Source: an uncultured Candidatus Saccharibacteria bacterium (GTDB taxonomy: Bacteria; Patescibacteriota; Doudnabacteria; UBA920). From it: 64,000 bases of DNA. The DNA is taken from positions 83,815 through 147,814 of the forward strand of contig CAZBAS010000001.1 in NCBI GenBank assembly GCA_964490395.1, given 5' to 3'. This document shows, one piece after another, positions 36,746-47,200 of the stretch. The stretch's first letter is position 1. Each line of letters begins with the position of its first letter. The notes beneath the pieces were generated by a model. The model was given only the letters and a program-made list of their open reading frames with translations. It had not been told where the DNA came from and did no database searches. The position numbers were made by a program, and so were the translations under genes.

Positions 36746-37458
36746 AATATCTCTATATAGTAGTAGGGCTATGCATTCTGTACGTTGTTGTAGTACTTGC
36801 ACGCTTTGGCTATAAAGTAAGCCATCGCCCTGCCTTGCCGGCAATTGTGCAAACCGATGAAGTGGTTGGCACGGGAAGCGGCCTTCGGTACATAGCAGCG
36901 GGAGATAGTACTGCGGTTGGTGAAGGCGCGAGTAGCGCGGAAGCAACCTATCCTCGCTTAGTACTTACTGAACTTTCTAAAGGCCACACGGTTACTTATA
37001 AGAATGTAGGTGTGTCCGGGGCTAAGACGCAAGATGTTATAGATGCGCAACTCGCTCACATAGTGAGCTTTAACCCGGACATAGTAACGTTGTCTATAGG
37101 GGCAAACGACAGTACCCATTTGTGGTCGCGTAAAACAACACGCATAAACATCCAAAAAATTGTTGCAGAAATAACTAGTAAAACCAACGCTACAGTGTAT
37201 GTAGCCACGGCGCCAAACTTCAGGGGCGGTTGGCTTTTGCCGTGGGTGTACATACAGCTGCTCGAGTTTCGGAACAGTAGTTTAAATAAATCTATATTAG
37301 CATTGGAAACTGACCGGGTAAAAGTGGTAAATGTACACGACTTTGGCTGGGAAAAATTTTCCAGCATGCACGACATATACGCAGCAGATGGGTTTCACCC
37401 TAACGATGCTGGCTATCAAAATTGGGCGAGTGCGTTTCTGACTAGGATTCGAGAATAG
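36742..37458 (+). CDS. SGNH/GDSL-family hydrolase
   Basis: GDS block (IAAGDSTAVG) and the DxxH block (DGFHPND). Its ATG overlaps the TspO stop codon (ATGA), and it has an N-terminal TM anchor. Confidence 0.75.
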   Translation: MKYLYIVVGLCILYVVVVLARFGYKVSHRPALPAIVQTDEVVGTGSGLRYIAAGDSTAVGEGASSAEATYPRLVLTELSKGHTVTYKNVGVSGAKTQDVIDAQLAHIVSFNPDIVTLSIGANDSTHLWSRKTTRINIQKIVAEITSKTNATVYVATAPNFRGGWLLPWVYIQLLEFRNSSLNKSILALETDRVKVVNVHDFGWEKFSSMHDIYAADGFHPNDAGYQNWASAFLTRIRE

Positions 37459-37496
37459 TATGTGTTTCTTCGGTATACAACTAGTGCACATGCAAA

Positions 37497-37521
37497 AGCC
37501 GGCAAGTGTTATCTTGCCGGC
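37497..37521. terminator. Bidirectional terminator hairpin (gccggcaag-tgttat-cttgccggc)
   Basis: 9-bp GC-rich stem with a T-run on the minus strand (ttttgcatg) and a weak T-run on the plus strand. Confidence 0.55.
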
Positions 37522-37531
37522 GTTTATAATG

Positions 37532-37915
37532 CTATCGGTGTTTTTTCTTTCTCTTTGGCATTTTTTCTGCGTACCCAATATCTATGTGGTACTGGGTATT
37601 GGGTGGGCTATCTAAAAATACCGTAAGTGCGCCGAACTGGTAGCCGCTCTTTTCTACAGTAGCAGATGAGTCTCCCTCCAGTTCCACATTTTCAAACTGG
37701 GCAATCCCAGCACTATTTGTATATCGTTTGTACGTGCTATCTATCGTGACAAGTGCGCTCGAGATTGGTTTGTTTGTTCCGCCCTGTTGCACCAGAATGC
37801 TAAAGCTTACTATTTTTGATTTAGACATAGTTTGGGCTTGTGGATCCTGGGATTGGTGGGCACTCAAAAAAGATGCAATCGTAATCAAAACCGATACCGC
37901 ATGGTTCATGGTCAC
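37532..37915 (-). CDS. Secreted hypothetical protein (signal peptide; carboxypeptidase-regulatory-like beta domain)
   Basis: Signal peptide MTMNHAVSVLITIASFLSA. The C-terminus has the K-rich tail KRKKKHR. Confidence 0.45.
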   Translation of the reverse strand: MTMNHAVSVLITIASFLSAHQSQDPQAQTMSKSKIVSFSILVQQGGTNKPISSALVTIDSTYKRYTNSAGIAQFENVELEGDSSATVEKSGYQFGALTVFLDSPPNTQYHIDIGYAEKMPKRKKKHR

Positions 37916-38062
37916 TCCTTTTTTTGTGCGCCAAGGGCGCGTGGAAGGTGTAAGACAAAAGCGTGGTTTTGTCTCGAGATACGCCTAGTATAGTGTTCAT
38001 TTCTATACTATGCAAATATGCATAGCCACAACTACGTAAACACGGTAAAATAAAGTACACAT

Positions 38063-39565
38063 ATGATAATTCTGTTGTTTGCTTTAGCTCTCGTAGTTTT
38101 TGCTCTATTGGTTAGAGAGTTTAAAAAGGGTAAAAAAGTAGCTCGTAGTTCAGGCGGCGACCAGTCGCGTGAGCCAGTGGTGCAGCGTTCCACGCTTGCA
38201 AAGTTCGGCTTGGGTTTTCGCAGGAAAACGCAGCGCGTATTGGTCTTGGAAAAACCAAAGTTAGATCTTACACCAGAAAGCCGGTATGCTCTGCACTTAC
38301 TCGAAAACACCAGACAAGGTGTATTCCTTACGGGGAAAGCTGGTACAGGAAAATCTACGCTTCTTAAGTATTTTCGCGCGACTACAAAAAAGAATGTTGC
38401 AGTAGTAGCGCCCACTGGCGTTGCAGCTATAAATGTGCAAGGTCAGACCATCCATCGCTTTTTCAAGTTTAAACCGGACATCACCGTGGAGACGGTAAAG
38501 CAGTATGTGCCCCGAGAACAGGCGCAGCTCTACAAAAAGCTGGATGTATTGGTCATAGATGAAATATCCATGGTTCGCCCAGACTGGATAGACTGCATAA
38601 ACGCCTTTCTGCAGTTGCATGGACCGCGCCCGGGTCAGTTGTTTGGTGGTGTGCAATTAGTATTCATTGGCGACCTGTATCAGCTGCCACCGGTAGTAAA
38701 GCGTGAAGAAGAACATATTTTTCAAAGCTTTTACAACAGTGAATTTTTCTTTTCTGCCAAGTCGCTCCAAAGCTATCAGTTTGCGCCCATTGAACTTACC
38801 AAAGTCTATCGTCAGTCAGACGCAGAGTTTATAGAAGCGCTGAATGCAGTTCGCGAAGGCGAGGTGGAACACCGGCACCTAGACCTCCTTAACAGCAGGG
38901 TAGATGAAACAGTAACTACAGAAGACAGTGGCGAAGCGCTGCGCATTTGGCTTATGCCTAAAAAAACACAGGTGGCAGAAGTAAACAGTAAGCACATGGA
39001 AGCACTTCCGGGTAAGGGTCGCGTGTACGTAGGCGAAGTGGAAGGTGGTTTTGGCGTAGATGAAATGCCTACCTCGTTTGAACTTCACCTCAAAGAAGGG
39101 GCGCAGGTTATGCTGCTGAACAACGATCCGGGTGGTAAGTGGGTAAACGGCGACGTAGCTAAAGTAGTAGGACTTGGTAGAAACGGTGTGCGTGTGTTGT
39201 TTGAGGACGGGAGCTACGACGACATTGGCCTGCATACCTGGGATGCGTTTCGCCATACGCTAGATGCTACTACGGGAAAAATAGTTGCAGTGAGCGATGG
39301 CTCCTACACGCAGCTTCCGCTCAAGCCTGCCTGGGCGCTGACCATCCATAAGTCCCAAGGGAAAACGTACGACAAAGTAGTGATAGATTTTAGCGAAGGG
39401 GTGCACCATTCTGGGCAGGCCTATGTTGCGCTGTCTCGGTGTAGAAGCCTAGAAGGACTTACGCTTACCGCACCCATACGACGGAGTCATATATTTATTC
39501 ACCCCTTAGTAAAGCAGTTCATGACGCTTGCGTCACAGCGGTCAGAGCAGCTGGTACCAAAATAG
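38063..39565 (+). CDS. Pif1/RecD-family SF1B DNA helicase (paralogue of 33905..35986)
   Basis: VFLTGKAGTGKSTLLKYF, APTGVAAINV, LVIDEISMV and VFIGDLYQLPPV motifs, plus an N-terminal TM segment. Confidence 0.85.
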   Translation: MIILLFALALVVFALLVREFKKGKKVARSSGGDQSREPVVQRSTLAKFGLGFRRKTQRVLVLEKPKLDLTPESRYALHLLENTRQGVFLTGKAGTGKSTLLKYFRATTKKNVAVVAPTGVAAINVQGQTIHRFFKFKPDITVETVKQYVPREQAQLYKKLDVLVIDEISMVRPDWIDCINAFLQLHGPRPGQLFGGVQLVFIGDLYQLPPVVKREEEHIFQSFYNSEFFFSAKSLQSYQFAPIELTKVYRQSDAEFIEALNAVREGEVEHRHLDLLNSRVDETVTTEDSGEALRIWLMPKKTQVAEVNSKHMEALPGKGRVYVGEVEGGFGVDEMPTSFELHLKEGAQVMLLNNDPGGKWVNGDVAKVVGLGRNGVRVLFEDGSYDDIGLHTWDAFRHTLDATTGKIVAVSDGSYTQLPLKPAWALTIHKSQGKTYDKVVIDFSEGVHHSGQAYVALSRCRSLEGLTLTAPIRRSHIFIHPLVKQFMTLASQRSEQLVPK

Positions 39566-39584
39566 ATTTCTACCGCTCTTTGTC

Positions 39585-39700
39585 ATCCTCGCGCATGCGG
39601 GGATCCATATCCCGATGTAGTGTCGGGATAACAGAGTCATTGCCCAGTTGTCCCGCTTCTATAGCGGGACTGGATTCCCGTCTTCACGGGAATGACAGAA
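39585..39700. repeat. Array of three related hairpins (tcccg-N6-7-cggga type) in the 3' UTR of the second Pif1 gene
   Basis: Hairpins atcccgatgtagtgtcgggat, gtcccgcttctatagcgggac and ttcccgtcttcacgggaa, with a flanking ctttgtcatcc..gggaatgacag outer pairing. A related hairpin occurs in the rpoB leader at 4348..4373. Confidence 0.6.
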
Positions 39701-39738
39701 AAAGATTTTTGGAAGGTATCTGATATAAAAATAGAAAA

Positions 39739-39766
39739 CTATGCGAGCAGTTCGCATGGTTTTTTG
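39739..39766 (+). terminator. Rho-independent terminator (atgcga-gcagt-tcgcat plus ggtttttt)
   Basis: Stem-loop plus a T-run downstream of the hairpin array. Confidence 0.55.
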
Positions 39767-40035
39767 TACCGTCATAAAAAAAGAGTATAGTAAAAGAGTA
39801 CAGCATACACATTTTGAAACTTCCACCTCCTGTCATTTCCGCCGTCGCTAAAGCTATGGCGGACAAGGCCGGAAATTACGATGCTTTGAGACCGTGTCCG
39901 ACGAAGCCTTGGCGAAGTTGGAGGGAAGGCCGGAATCCAGTATTCCCAAGACGGATAGCGTTCGAGGACTCGCAGTTTTCGGGGTGACAAGATAGGGGGT
40001 ATGGTAGAGGTATTAGAAACAAAGGAGAAAATTTT

Positions 40036-41427
40036 ATGGAGCTGCGCGATATAACACCTATTCCTACGGTGCCATCTGCACTTATCTATCCTAAAAAGAG
40101 TAAGTGGAAGCCGGTTGTTTTGGCTGTTCTTGTAGTTGGAGTAGTGTGTGTTGGTCTGTGGTATGCCATGCCGCGCATGCTTTCTTTGTTTTTTTCTGGC
40201 GACGAACAAAGTAAAGACGGTTCCAAGTTAGCACTTAGTAAAGTCACTGTCCCGGACAGGAGCAATGGATACTTTAGCCTTTCCAAGTTGACCAATGAAA
40301 CTGTGTTCGTGCCGGAGTCAAATAAGAATATTTATACTGAATACACAAACTACGCAAAACCTGTTTCTTGGAATCAAAATCTGGTAGACTCAGTACTCCA
40401 GAAAAACGCGCAACCACTTGCCGCGTTATCTGACGCAGCAAGTAAGCAGTATTTCCAGTTTCCCAAATATGCAGATCCTGGGAATATAGGCTCTGGTATG
40501 GAGCAGTATCCGCTTGAGGCCTACGAAAAACTAGCTCGCATACAGGCCATACAAGCGCTTTCACTCGCTCGCCAAGGTAAAACAAACGAAGCATTGGCAG
40601 AGGCTGCAAAACTTACTACCCTTGGGCACCATATTATTGTGGGGCACAATAGCTTGCCGGGAAACATGTTGGGCATTGCGGTGCAAAGGCTTGGTTCGGA
40701 AACCATGTTACAAATTCTTCAGCTTGGGAGTCCTGGTAAAGGTGCCTTGCTTAATGCGCTTAAAAAGGTAGATGAGTCTAGTACTACGCAAGAAGGGTAT
40801 GCAGACGCGGTTCGTTTCGAGTATGCATATGTAGTGGGGTCTATAGGCGCTTCTGTAAGCGCGCAGTTGCAAAGGGATATAGACCGCATGGCAACAGAAG
40901 GGTTTATTACTCGTTCTGTGGCAAAATACGCAAAGCACGGCTATTACTACAAGCCAAATCAAACCAAAGATTTATTTACCGAACTATTTACTGCGGAGCT
41001 CAGTCGGGTGGGGCAGGAGTGCACCATGCGTACGAGTACAGGGTCTAAAGCGCACAAGGTACAAGGGTGGAGGACCGTGTTCACCGAAAATGTAGTGGGC
41101 AAACTTTTGTTTTCCGCGTACGATAGTTCGCTTGGGGGCGTCTTCGCAAAGCAGTGCCAAAATGATTTAGCGTTAAATGTTGCCAAGGCCGAACTGGGGC
41201 TTGCGCTCTATAAAGTAGACCATGGGGTGGTTCCTGCAAGTTTAGATAAGATAGTCCCAGACTATATGCCGGCATTGCCCACGGACCCATATAGCAAACA
41301 GCCCCTTCACTACAACGCAAAAGATAAGCTTTTGTATTCGGTCGGGGAGAAAAAGCAGGACCTAGGCGGCAGTAGCGGCGAAGACTGGGCAGCCATGGAA
41401 AACCCTACATTTCACTTCTCGTTTTAA
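40036..41427 (+). CDS. Hypothetical membrane-anchored protein (N-terminal TM, large extracytoplasmic domain)
   Basis: The Shine-Dalgarno sequence aaggag lies 8 nt upstream. A single TM helix (VVLAVLVVGVVCVGLWYA) is present, with no recognised catalytic motif. Confidence 0.5.
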   Translation: MELRDITPIPTVPSALIYPKKSKWKPVVLAVLVVGVVCVGLWYAMPRMLSLFFSGDEQSKDGSKLALSKVTVPDRSNGYFSLSKLTNETVFVPESNKNIYTEYTNYAKPVSWNQNLVDSVLQKNAQPLAALSDAASKQYFQFPKYADPGNIGSGMEQYPLEAYEKLARIQAIQALSLARQGKTNEALAEAAKLTTLGHHIIVGHNSLPGNMLGIAVQRLGSETMLQILQLGSPGKGALLNALKKVDESSTTQEGYADAVRFEYAYVVGSIGASVSAQLQRDIDRMATEGFITRSVAKYAKHGYYYKPNQTKDLFTELFTAELSRVGQECTMRTSTGSKAHKVQGWRTVFTENVVGKLLFSAYDSSLGGVFAKQCQNDLALNVAKAELGLALYKVDHGVVPASLDKIVPDYMPALPTDPYSKQPLHYNAKDKLLYSVGEKKQDLGGSSGEDWAAMENPTFHFSF

Positions 41428-41487
41428 CCTATCGCGCGTATAGCTAAAAAGTACTACTATATATACAGAAGTAGTATGTAAAATGTA

Positions 41488-42288
41488 TTGTCTATGAATA
41501 AAAAAGGCATATTTGCTGGGTTTGTAGTTGCAGTGCTAGCTATAGGTGCCCTTGTGGGTTTCTGGCTTACTGCAAAAGACGTAGCACCCAAGCCAATTAC
41601 AAATACCATCACCCCTGGGCCTGTTCCTGTAGCAGAACCGCCTGCTCCAACTCCCGCGCCACCAGTTGCGGGTACGATGTTTGAAAACGCTTACATGAAA
41701 GTAACAGTTCCGCAAGGCTGGGCACTTACCGAAGTAACGGAAACTTTGCAAGACCAGCGGTACGACCAGGCCACAGGTAAAACCATAAAGGTGGGTGAAC
41801 CAAAGACTACTAAGAATGGTGCTGTAAATATTACCAAAGGGAAATATATTTTATACGTTCACCCCCAGGCAGGGCAGGCAAGCGGGGTAGATGGCGGCCG
41901 CTTTGCCGAAATTGCTATGGGTGCGCCTAGTGCGGACGCGGTAGTTGTGGAACAACCCAGTCCTCCCTGTGGTACAGAAAAAACCAGCGCAGTAAAAGTT
42001 GGGTGGACTCGCCACGACTGGTTTGTGAGCAGTGCGGATAAAAAGGACTATTGCGCAGTACCAAGTGGTAGTAGCGCCGTGTGGTATTTTTCCTACATTA
42101 CCGACTCTAAAAATGGCTACATAAACTACTACAATGCAGGCAGCCTTCCAGGGTGGGTTATAACTATGGGTTACAACTCTAAAACCGTAAATTCGCTTCC
42201 AGCTCAAAATAGTCCTGAACTTACCACAGCCCTTACAGAAATGACCAACATAGTAAAAACTCTAGAACTAAAACAGTTAGGTAAATAG
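41488..42288 (+). CDS. Hypothetical membrane-anchored or secreted protein
   Basis: N-terminal TM or signal sequence (IFAGFVVAVLAIGALVGFWL) and a Pro-rich linker. Confidence 0.5.
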   Translation: MSMNKKGIFAGFVVAVLAIGALVGFWLTAKDVAPKPITNTITPGPVPVAEPPAPTPAPPVAGTMFENAYMKVTVPQGWALTEVTETLQDQRYDQATGKTIKVGEPKTTKNGAVNITKGKYILYVHPQAGQASGVDGGRFAEIAMGAPSADAVVVEQPSPPCGTEKTSAVKVGWTRHDWFVSSADKKDYCAVPSGSSAVWYFSYITDSKNGYINYYNAGSLPGWVITMGYNSKTVNSLPAQNSPELTTALTEMTNIVKTLELKQLGK

Positions 42289-42294
42289 CACAGC

Positions 42295-42325
42295 AGTGGC
42301 AAAGGTACTCTTTGCCACTTTTCAA
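42295..42325 (+). terminator. Terminator (agtggcaaag-gtact-ctttgccact plus tttcaac)
   Basis: Stem-loop. It belongs to the same GTGGCAAAG palindrome family as 43220..43252. Confidence 0.5.
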
Positions 42326-42333
42326 CATTAATA

Positions 42334-43209
42334 ATGTATATGGAAATACTGAAAGCAACCACGGAGGATGGTTTAAAATTTTCTGGCTTATACGTTAAGC
42401 CTGCGGAGCCTTCACAGAAAATTGTTATTCACCTTCATGGTATGGCGGGTGACCCGTATTCTAATGCATTTTTGCCGGCTATGTTTTCAGCTTACCCGGC
42501 TGCAGGTGTGGCGTTTTTATCCGTGGAAAACCGAGGTACGCATAGCGTGACACAGTTTGGGACTACCACTGGTGGCGTTCGTTTAGTGGGGGATGCATAT
42601 GAGAAGTTTGAAGACTGTGTGCATGACATTGCGGCATGGATAAATGTGGCTAAACAGTTGGGTTACACAGAAATTTGGTTACAAGGACACAGCTTAGGTT
42701 GTTCCAAAGTGGCGTACTATGCAAGTAAGGTGGCTCAGAGTGGGGTAGTAGGCTTACTGCTTGTAAGTCCATCCGATATGCTGGGCTGGAACTTAGCACC
42801 GGCCATGATTGCGGATCATACATTTTTGCTCAACGAAGCCAAACAGTTGCAAGCCAATGGTCAGGGCCGCGTCATGCTGAGTAAGTTAGTAGATGGCGAA
42901 ACTCCTGTATGCGCAGACACCTATGTAAGCTTGTTTGGAGAGGGTGCCGGCGATGCGATATTTAATTTTGGCAACCCGGAACTTGGGTACGAAACGCTGA
43001 GGAGTATTGCGGTACCTGTGCTAGCCTTTACAGGAACGGACGACGCCGGCGTTACTAGTTCAAGCGAGCCGCTCAAGGCTATGCGCATACTAGAGCAAGA
43101 GTTAGTTCAGTCGCCCCGCAAGAAGACAGTTATATACGAAGGCGCCAAACACGACTTTGCCGGATTTGGGGAGCGTATAGTTGAAGAAGTTCTTAGTTTT
43201 ATTAAGTAA
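42334..43209 (+). CDS. Alpha/beta-fold hydrolase
   Basis: GHSLG nucleophile elbow (WLQGHSLGCSKVAYY) and an HGMAGD oxyanion-region-like motif. Confidence 0.65.
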   Translation: MYMEILKATTEDGLKFSGLYVKPAEPSQKIVIHLHGMAGDPYSNAFLPAMFSAYPAAGVAFLSVENRGTHSVTQFGTTTGGVRLVGDAYEKFEDCVHDIAAWINVAKQLGYTEIWLQGHSLGCSKVAYYASKVAQSGVVGLLLVSPSDMLGWNLAPAMIADHTFLLNEAKQLQANGQGRVMLSKLVDGETPVCADTYVSLFGEGAGDAIFNFGNPELGYETLRSIAVPVLAFTGTDDAGVTSSSEPLKAMRILEQELVQSPRKKTVIYEGAKHDFAGFGERIVEEVLSFIK

Positions 43210-43219
43210 TTATATTCCG

Positions 43220-43252
43220 CGGTGGCAAAGGGTGCCTTTGCCACCGTTTTAT
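43220..43252 (+). terminator. Rho-independent terminator (cggtggcaaagg-gtg-cctttgccaccg plus ttttat)
   Basis: 12-bp stem plus a T-run. Confidence 0.7.
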
Positions 43253-43305
43253 ATTCATGAGTCGCTCAGAAATGTGGAGTCCTATTTAATAGGAGGGTAT
43301 AGTAT

Positions 43306-44160
43306 ATGAAAATATTTTTGAAAAAAGTTGCTGTAGTGGTAGGTGTAGTTGTGGCGTTAGCGCCGGCGGTGGTGTTTGCGCATCAGCCGCGCGTGGTAAT
43401 GAGTCGGGTTACGGCGGTAAGCGAGCCGGAAGTGTCTAAGGCCTACTACGGCCAACTAACAGGCGAACCGGACGTGTACACGTTTACAGCTACCGCGCCT
43501 TTTGACCTGTATGTAAATGTACTTGTGCCAAACAGCCCGGGCCAGGAGAAAAATGTGTCCGCGCTCGTGCTCAAAGACGGCGCAGAAGTTGCCAACCTCA
43601 AAGCAGAAGGCTATGCCTGGAAGCCGTACCACGAACCATTTGGCTACGACAACTACTTTATGGGTCCGGAGTATAAAGCGCGAGCAGGAGCCGGGCAGTA
43701 CGAAGTACGGGTTTCCAGTCCCGGCAACACGAGCAAGTATTCGCTCGCCATAGGGGAGACCGAGGCGTTTAACTTTACCGAAAGTTATAACGCTGTACGC
43801 ACCATACCGCAGCTCAAGAAAACATTCTTCAACACTTCTCCGGCAACGTTTATATTTTCACCTTTTGGTGCAGGGCTTATAGTTATAATGTTTGTGCTCG
43901 CGTTTCTGTTCGGCTTTGCCTACCGCTGGCTGGTACGAAAACTTGTAAAAGCAAAACCAGGCACCCGCCCAGCAGGTAAAAACATAAACACCCGAGACCG
44001 CCTGCTCCGTGCCGGCATAGGCCTTGCCCTGCTACTCATAGCCATATTCACCACCTGGCACCCCCTCCTCCTCTTCGCCTCCGGCTTCTGCTTCTTTGAA
44101 GCCCTATTCTCCTGGTGTTTGTTTAACCAGCTTACCGGCAAAAACACCTGCCCCCTCTAA
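43306..44160 (+). CDS. Hypothetical exported protein with a C-terminal DUF2892 (YgaP-like) membrane domain
   Basis: Signal peptide, then C-terminal TM helices ending in a GKNTCP motif typical of DUF2892. Confidence 0.45.
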   Translation: MKIFLKKVAVVVGVVVALAPAVVFAHQPRVVMSRVTAVSEPEVSKAYYGQLTGEPDVYTFTATAPFDLYVNVLVPNSPGQEKNVSALVLKDGAEVANLKAEGYAWKPYHEPFGYDNYFMGPEYKARAGAGQYEVRVSSPGNTSKYSLAIGETEAFNFTESYNAVRTIPQLKKTFFNTSPATFIFSPFGAGLIVIMFVLAFLFGFAYRWLVRKLVKAKPGTRPAGKNINTRDRLLRAGIGLALLLIAIFTTWHPLLLFASGFCFFEALFSWCLFNQLTGKNTCPL

Positions 44161-44165
44161 CCTAA

Positions 44166-44192
44166 AAAGAGCCCTTACACGGCTCTTTTTTG
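44166..44192 (+). terminator. Rho-independent terminator (agagcc-cttacac-ggctct plus tttttt)
   Basis: Stem-loop plus a T-run. Confidence 0.6.
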
Positions 44193-44255
44193 TTCGCCAC
44201 AATATGGAAAATGGGGTAAAATTTATCTTATACTCTAGGTTTGTTGAGTAATTTT

Positions 44256-47200
44256 ATGGCGATATCAAAAATAGATACATCAGAATTGCGGAAAATAATC
44301 ACAGGGCGCGTAGTGCCTCATATTTATTCTTTTCTCACGAATACACTTCCAAACTACCTCAAGGTTGGAGACACCTATCGTCCGATTGAAGAACGCCTCA
44401 ATGAATGGCGCAGGTTTTATAAAGATCTAGAAGAGGTTTCTCGCCACCGTGCAATTATTAATGACGAAGTATTTTTTCGAGACTACGCTGTCCACAAATA
44501 TCTGCAGCAAAAAGGCATTTCGCAAATACCACGCAATGTTTCTAAAAATGTGTACTCGAATGAGTTTTTTGAGGGCGCCAAAAAATCTGATGTATCTAAA
44601 GCGATAGAGGATATTGTAAACAATTACCGAAAAGCCGACATTTATGAGTATTATAGTTATGACGATGCTAAAAGTTTGGTTGAGTACCACCATCCACGTA
44701 CGCTAGAGTTTGCGCCGCGCCAAAATCAACAAGAGGTTATAGACAATTTTGGTATCGCAGTAAAGAAGGGGCGTACCAATCTCCTTATGTACGCGGTTAT
44801 GCGCTTCGGAAAATCCATTACCTCTATGTGGAGCGCAAAAACCATAAATTCAAAATTTACGGTAGTCGTATCAGCTAAAGCAGATGTTCATTCGGAATGG
44901 AAGCACACAATCGAAAGTCATAAGGATTTCACCGGCTACCGTTTTTTGGATAAAAATGATCTAAAAAAAGGGATGAGATTGTCAGCTCTCTATGGCCAGA
45001 AATTTAAGACCGGAAGTGGCGACGAAGAAATTTGTACAAATATCGTTCTTTTTCTTACCTTACAAGATCTGGCAGGATCAACAGACGCTATCAAGGACCA
45101 TCACAGGATATTGCAGAGCATAAAGATAAATCTACTCATTATAGACGAAACGCATTTTGGTGCGCGAGCCCCAGTTCTCGGTAAAATTTTGGCTGGAGTA
45201 GAGGTTGATGAAGAGGATAAGAAATTACTCAAGAATGATAATGAGGATTCAGAAAATCTTGGTGCGCTGAATAAGCTGGGGCCGATTAATGCCGAAGTTA
45301 ATTTGCACCTTTCTGGCACGCCATACCGCATTTTGATGGGCAGTGAATTTGAGCAGGAAGATATAATTGCATTTGTACAATTTAGCGACATTTACGAAGC
45401 AAAGTTGCAGTGGAAAAGGAAGCATTTAGACGAAGACGAATGGGATAATCCATACTATGGTTTCCCACAGATGATTCGCTTTGCCTTTAATCCTAACGAA
45501 AGCTCCCGAAAAAAACTTGTCGATATTGCGGGTGGTAAGCCCGCTGAGTTATTTGAACCAGTTAGTAAAAAAAAGAGCGGAGATTACGAAATATTCCAGC
45601 ACGAGCAGGAGATTGTCGATCTCTTGGAGGTGCTGGATGGCTCAAAAAACGACACTAACATGCTTGGCTTGTTAGATAATGAATCGGTTAAAGCTGGAAA
45701 GCTTGCGCAGCATATAGTTATTGTTTTGCCCTATTGCGCTTCATGCGATTCGCTTGAGAAGCTTGTACTTAAGAATAAAAAACTGTTTAGGAATATTTCC
45801 GAATATGAAATTTTTAACATCAGTGGTTTCAATAAGGTCCTTGCTACGCCTGAGCAGATAAAATCCGCAATTGCCAAAGCAGAAGCAGCAGGTAAAAAAA
45901 CTATTACCCTCACGGTTAATAAGATGCTTACCGGCGCTACTGTGCCCCAGTGGGATACAATGATTTACCTCAAGGGTACTGCAAGTCCGCAAGAATATGA
46001 CCAAGCGATATTCCGTCTCCAGTCACCATGGGTAAAAAGGTACGAGGGCGAAAACGGTAACGTCATCAAATACGATATGAAGCCGCAAACGCTTTTAGTA
46101 GATCTCGACCCGACGAGGTTATTTCATCTGCAGGAGCTGAAGGCTTTTACCTACGGTGCGAATACTGAAAACTTCGGTAATGAAAGGATAGAAGAATTTA
46201 TTAAGCGGGAACTGGCCATTTCGCCCATTATTACGTTAAACGCCGAAGGTAACAAGCTTGTAGAAGTAACCGCAACGAATGTTATTGACGAAGCCCGTAA
46301 GTATTCCAATAGCCGTACCATCACAGAAGACGTACAAGAAATTGGCGTTGATGTGTCTCTAAAAGATAATCCGGCAATTTTTGAAGTTATTAGTAAGCTG
46401 GCAGAGCTGGGTAGTAAGAATGGGCTAAACATAAGGCCGAACGTAGAAGAAGGTGGTGAATGGGACGGCGTAGCCTCGCAGGGTGATGTTGGGGAATTTG
46501 ATGATGCAATAGCTCGCCCTGGTAAAGACAGTTCCGGGGTTACCGAAGACATTTCCTCCTTTGAAAGACGTTTCCGGACATACTATGTAATGATTCTGCT
46601 ATTTGCATTTCTTTCAAATACCAAAGAAAAGTCTTTGGCTGATGTTATACAACATATTGACGCCGATGAAAATAATCGTCGTATTGCTCGCAACCTTGGT
46701 TTGAAAAAGTCTGACCTTGAGGTGTTTCGAAATAACCTCAACCCTTTTATCCGCTCAGAGCTCGATTATAAAATTCAGAATGCAGATTTTCGTTCAAGCG
46801 ACGACAGTATCACACCGGTTCAGCATTTAGATATTGCAATTCATAAGTTTGGTCGGCTGTCTGAAGCGGAAGTGTTTACCCCCTCTCGTATTGTTAGTAA
46901 GATGTACGACGCATTTGATGTAAAGTTCTGGCGTGGTGCTAAAGGAGTGAAAGTTCTTGATATTGCCAGTAAGTCAGGGGTTTTTGCTAAAGGTTTTGTG
47001 GAAAATGCCCTTAAACACGGATTAAAAATAGAGGAGATTAAAAATAACTTTTACTCTATTCCAACTTCACCCGCAGCGTATGAATTTACTCGTAAAATGT
47101 ACCAGGCGCTTGGTCTAAACCTGGATAATATTGCCAGACACTTTAATTCATTTGATCTTATTGCGCGGAGTGAGGAGGATGTGCGACTTCTGCTCTCGCA

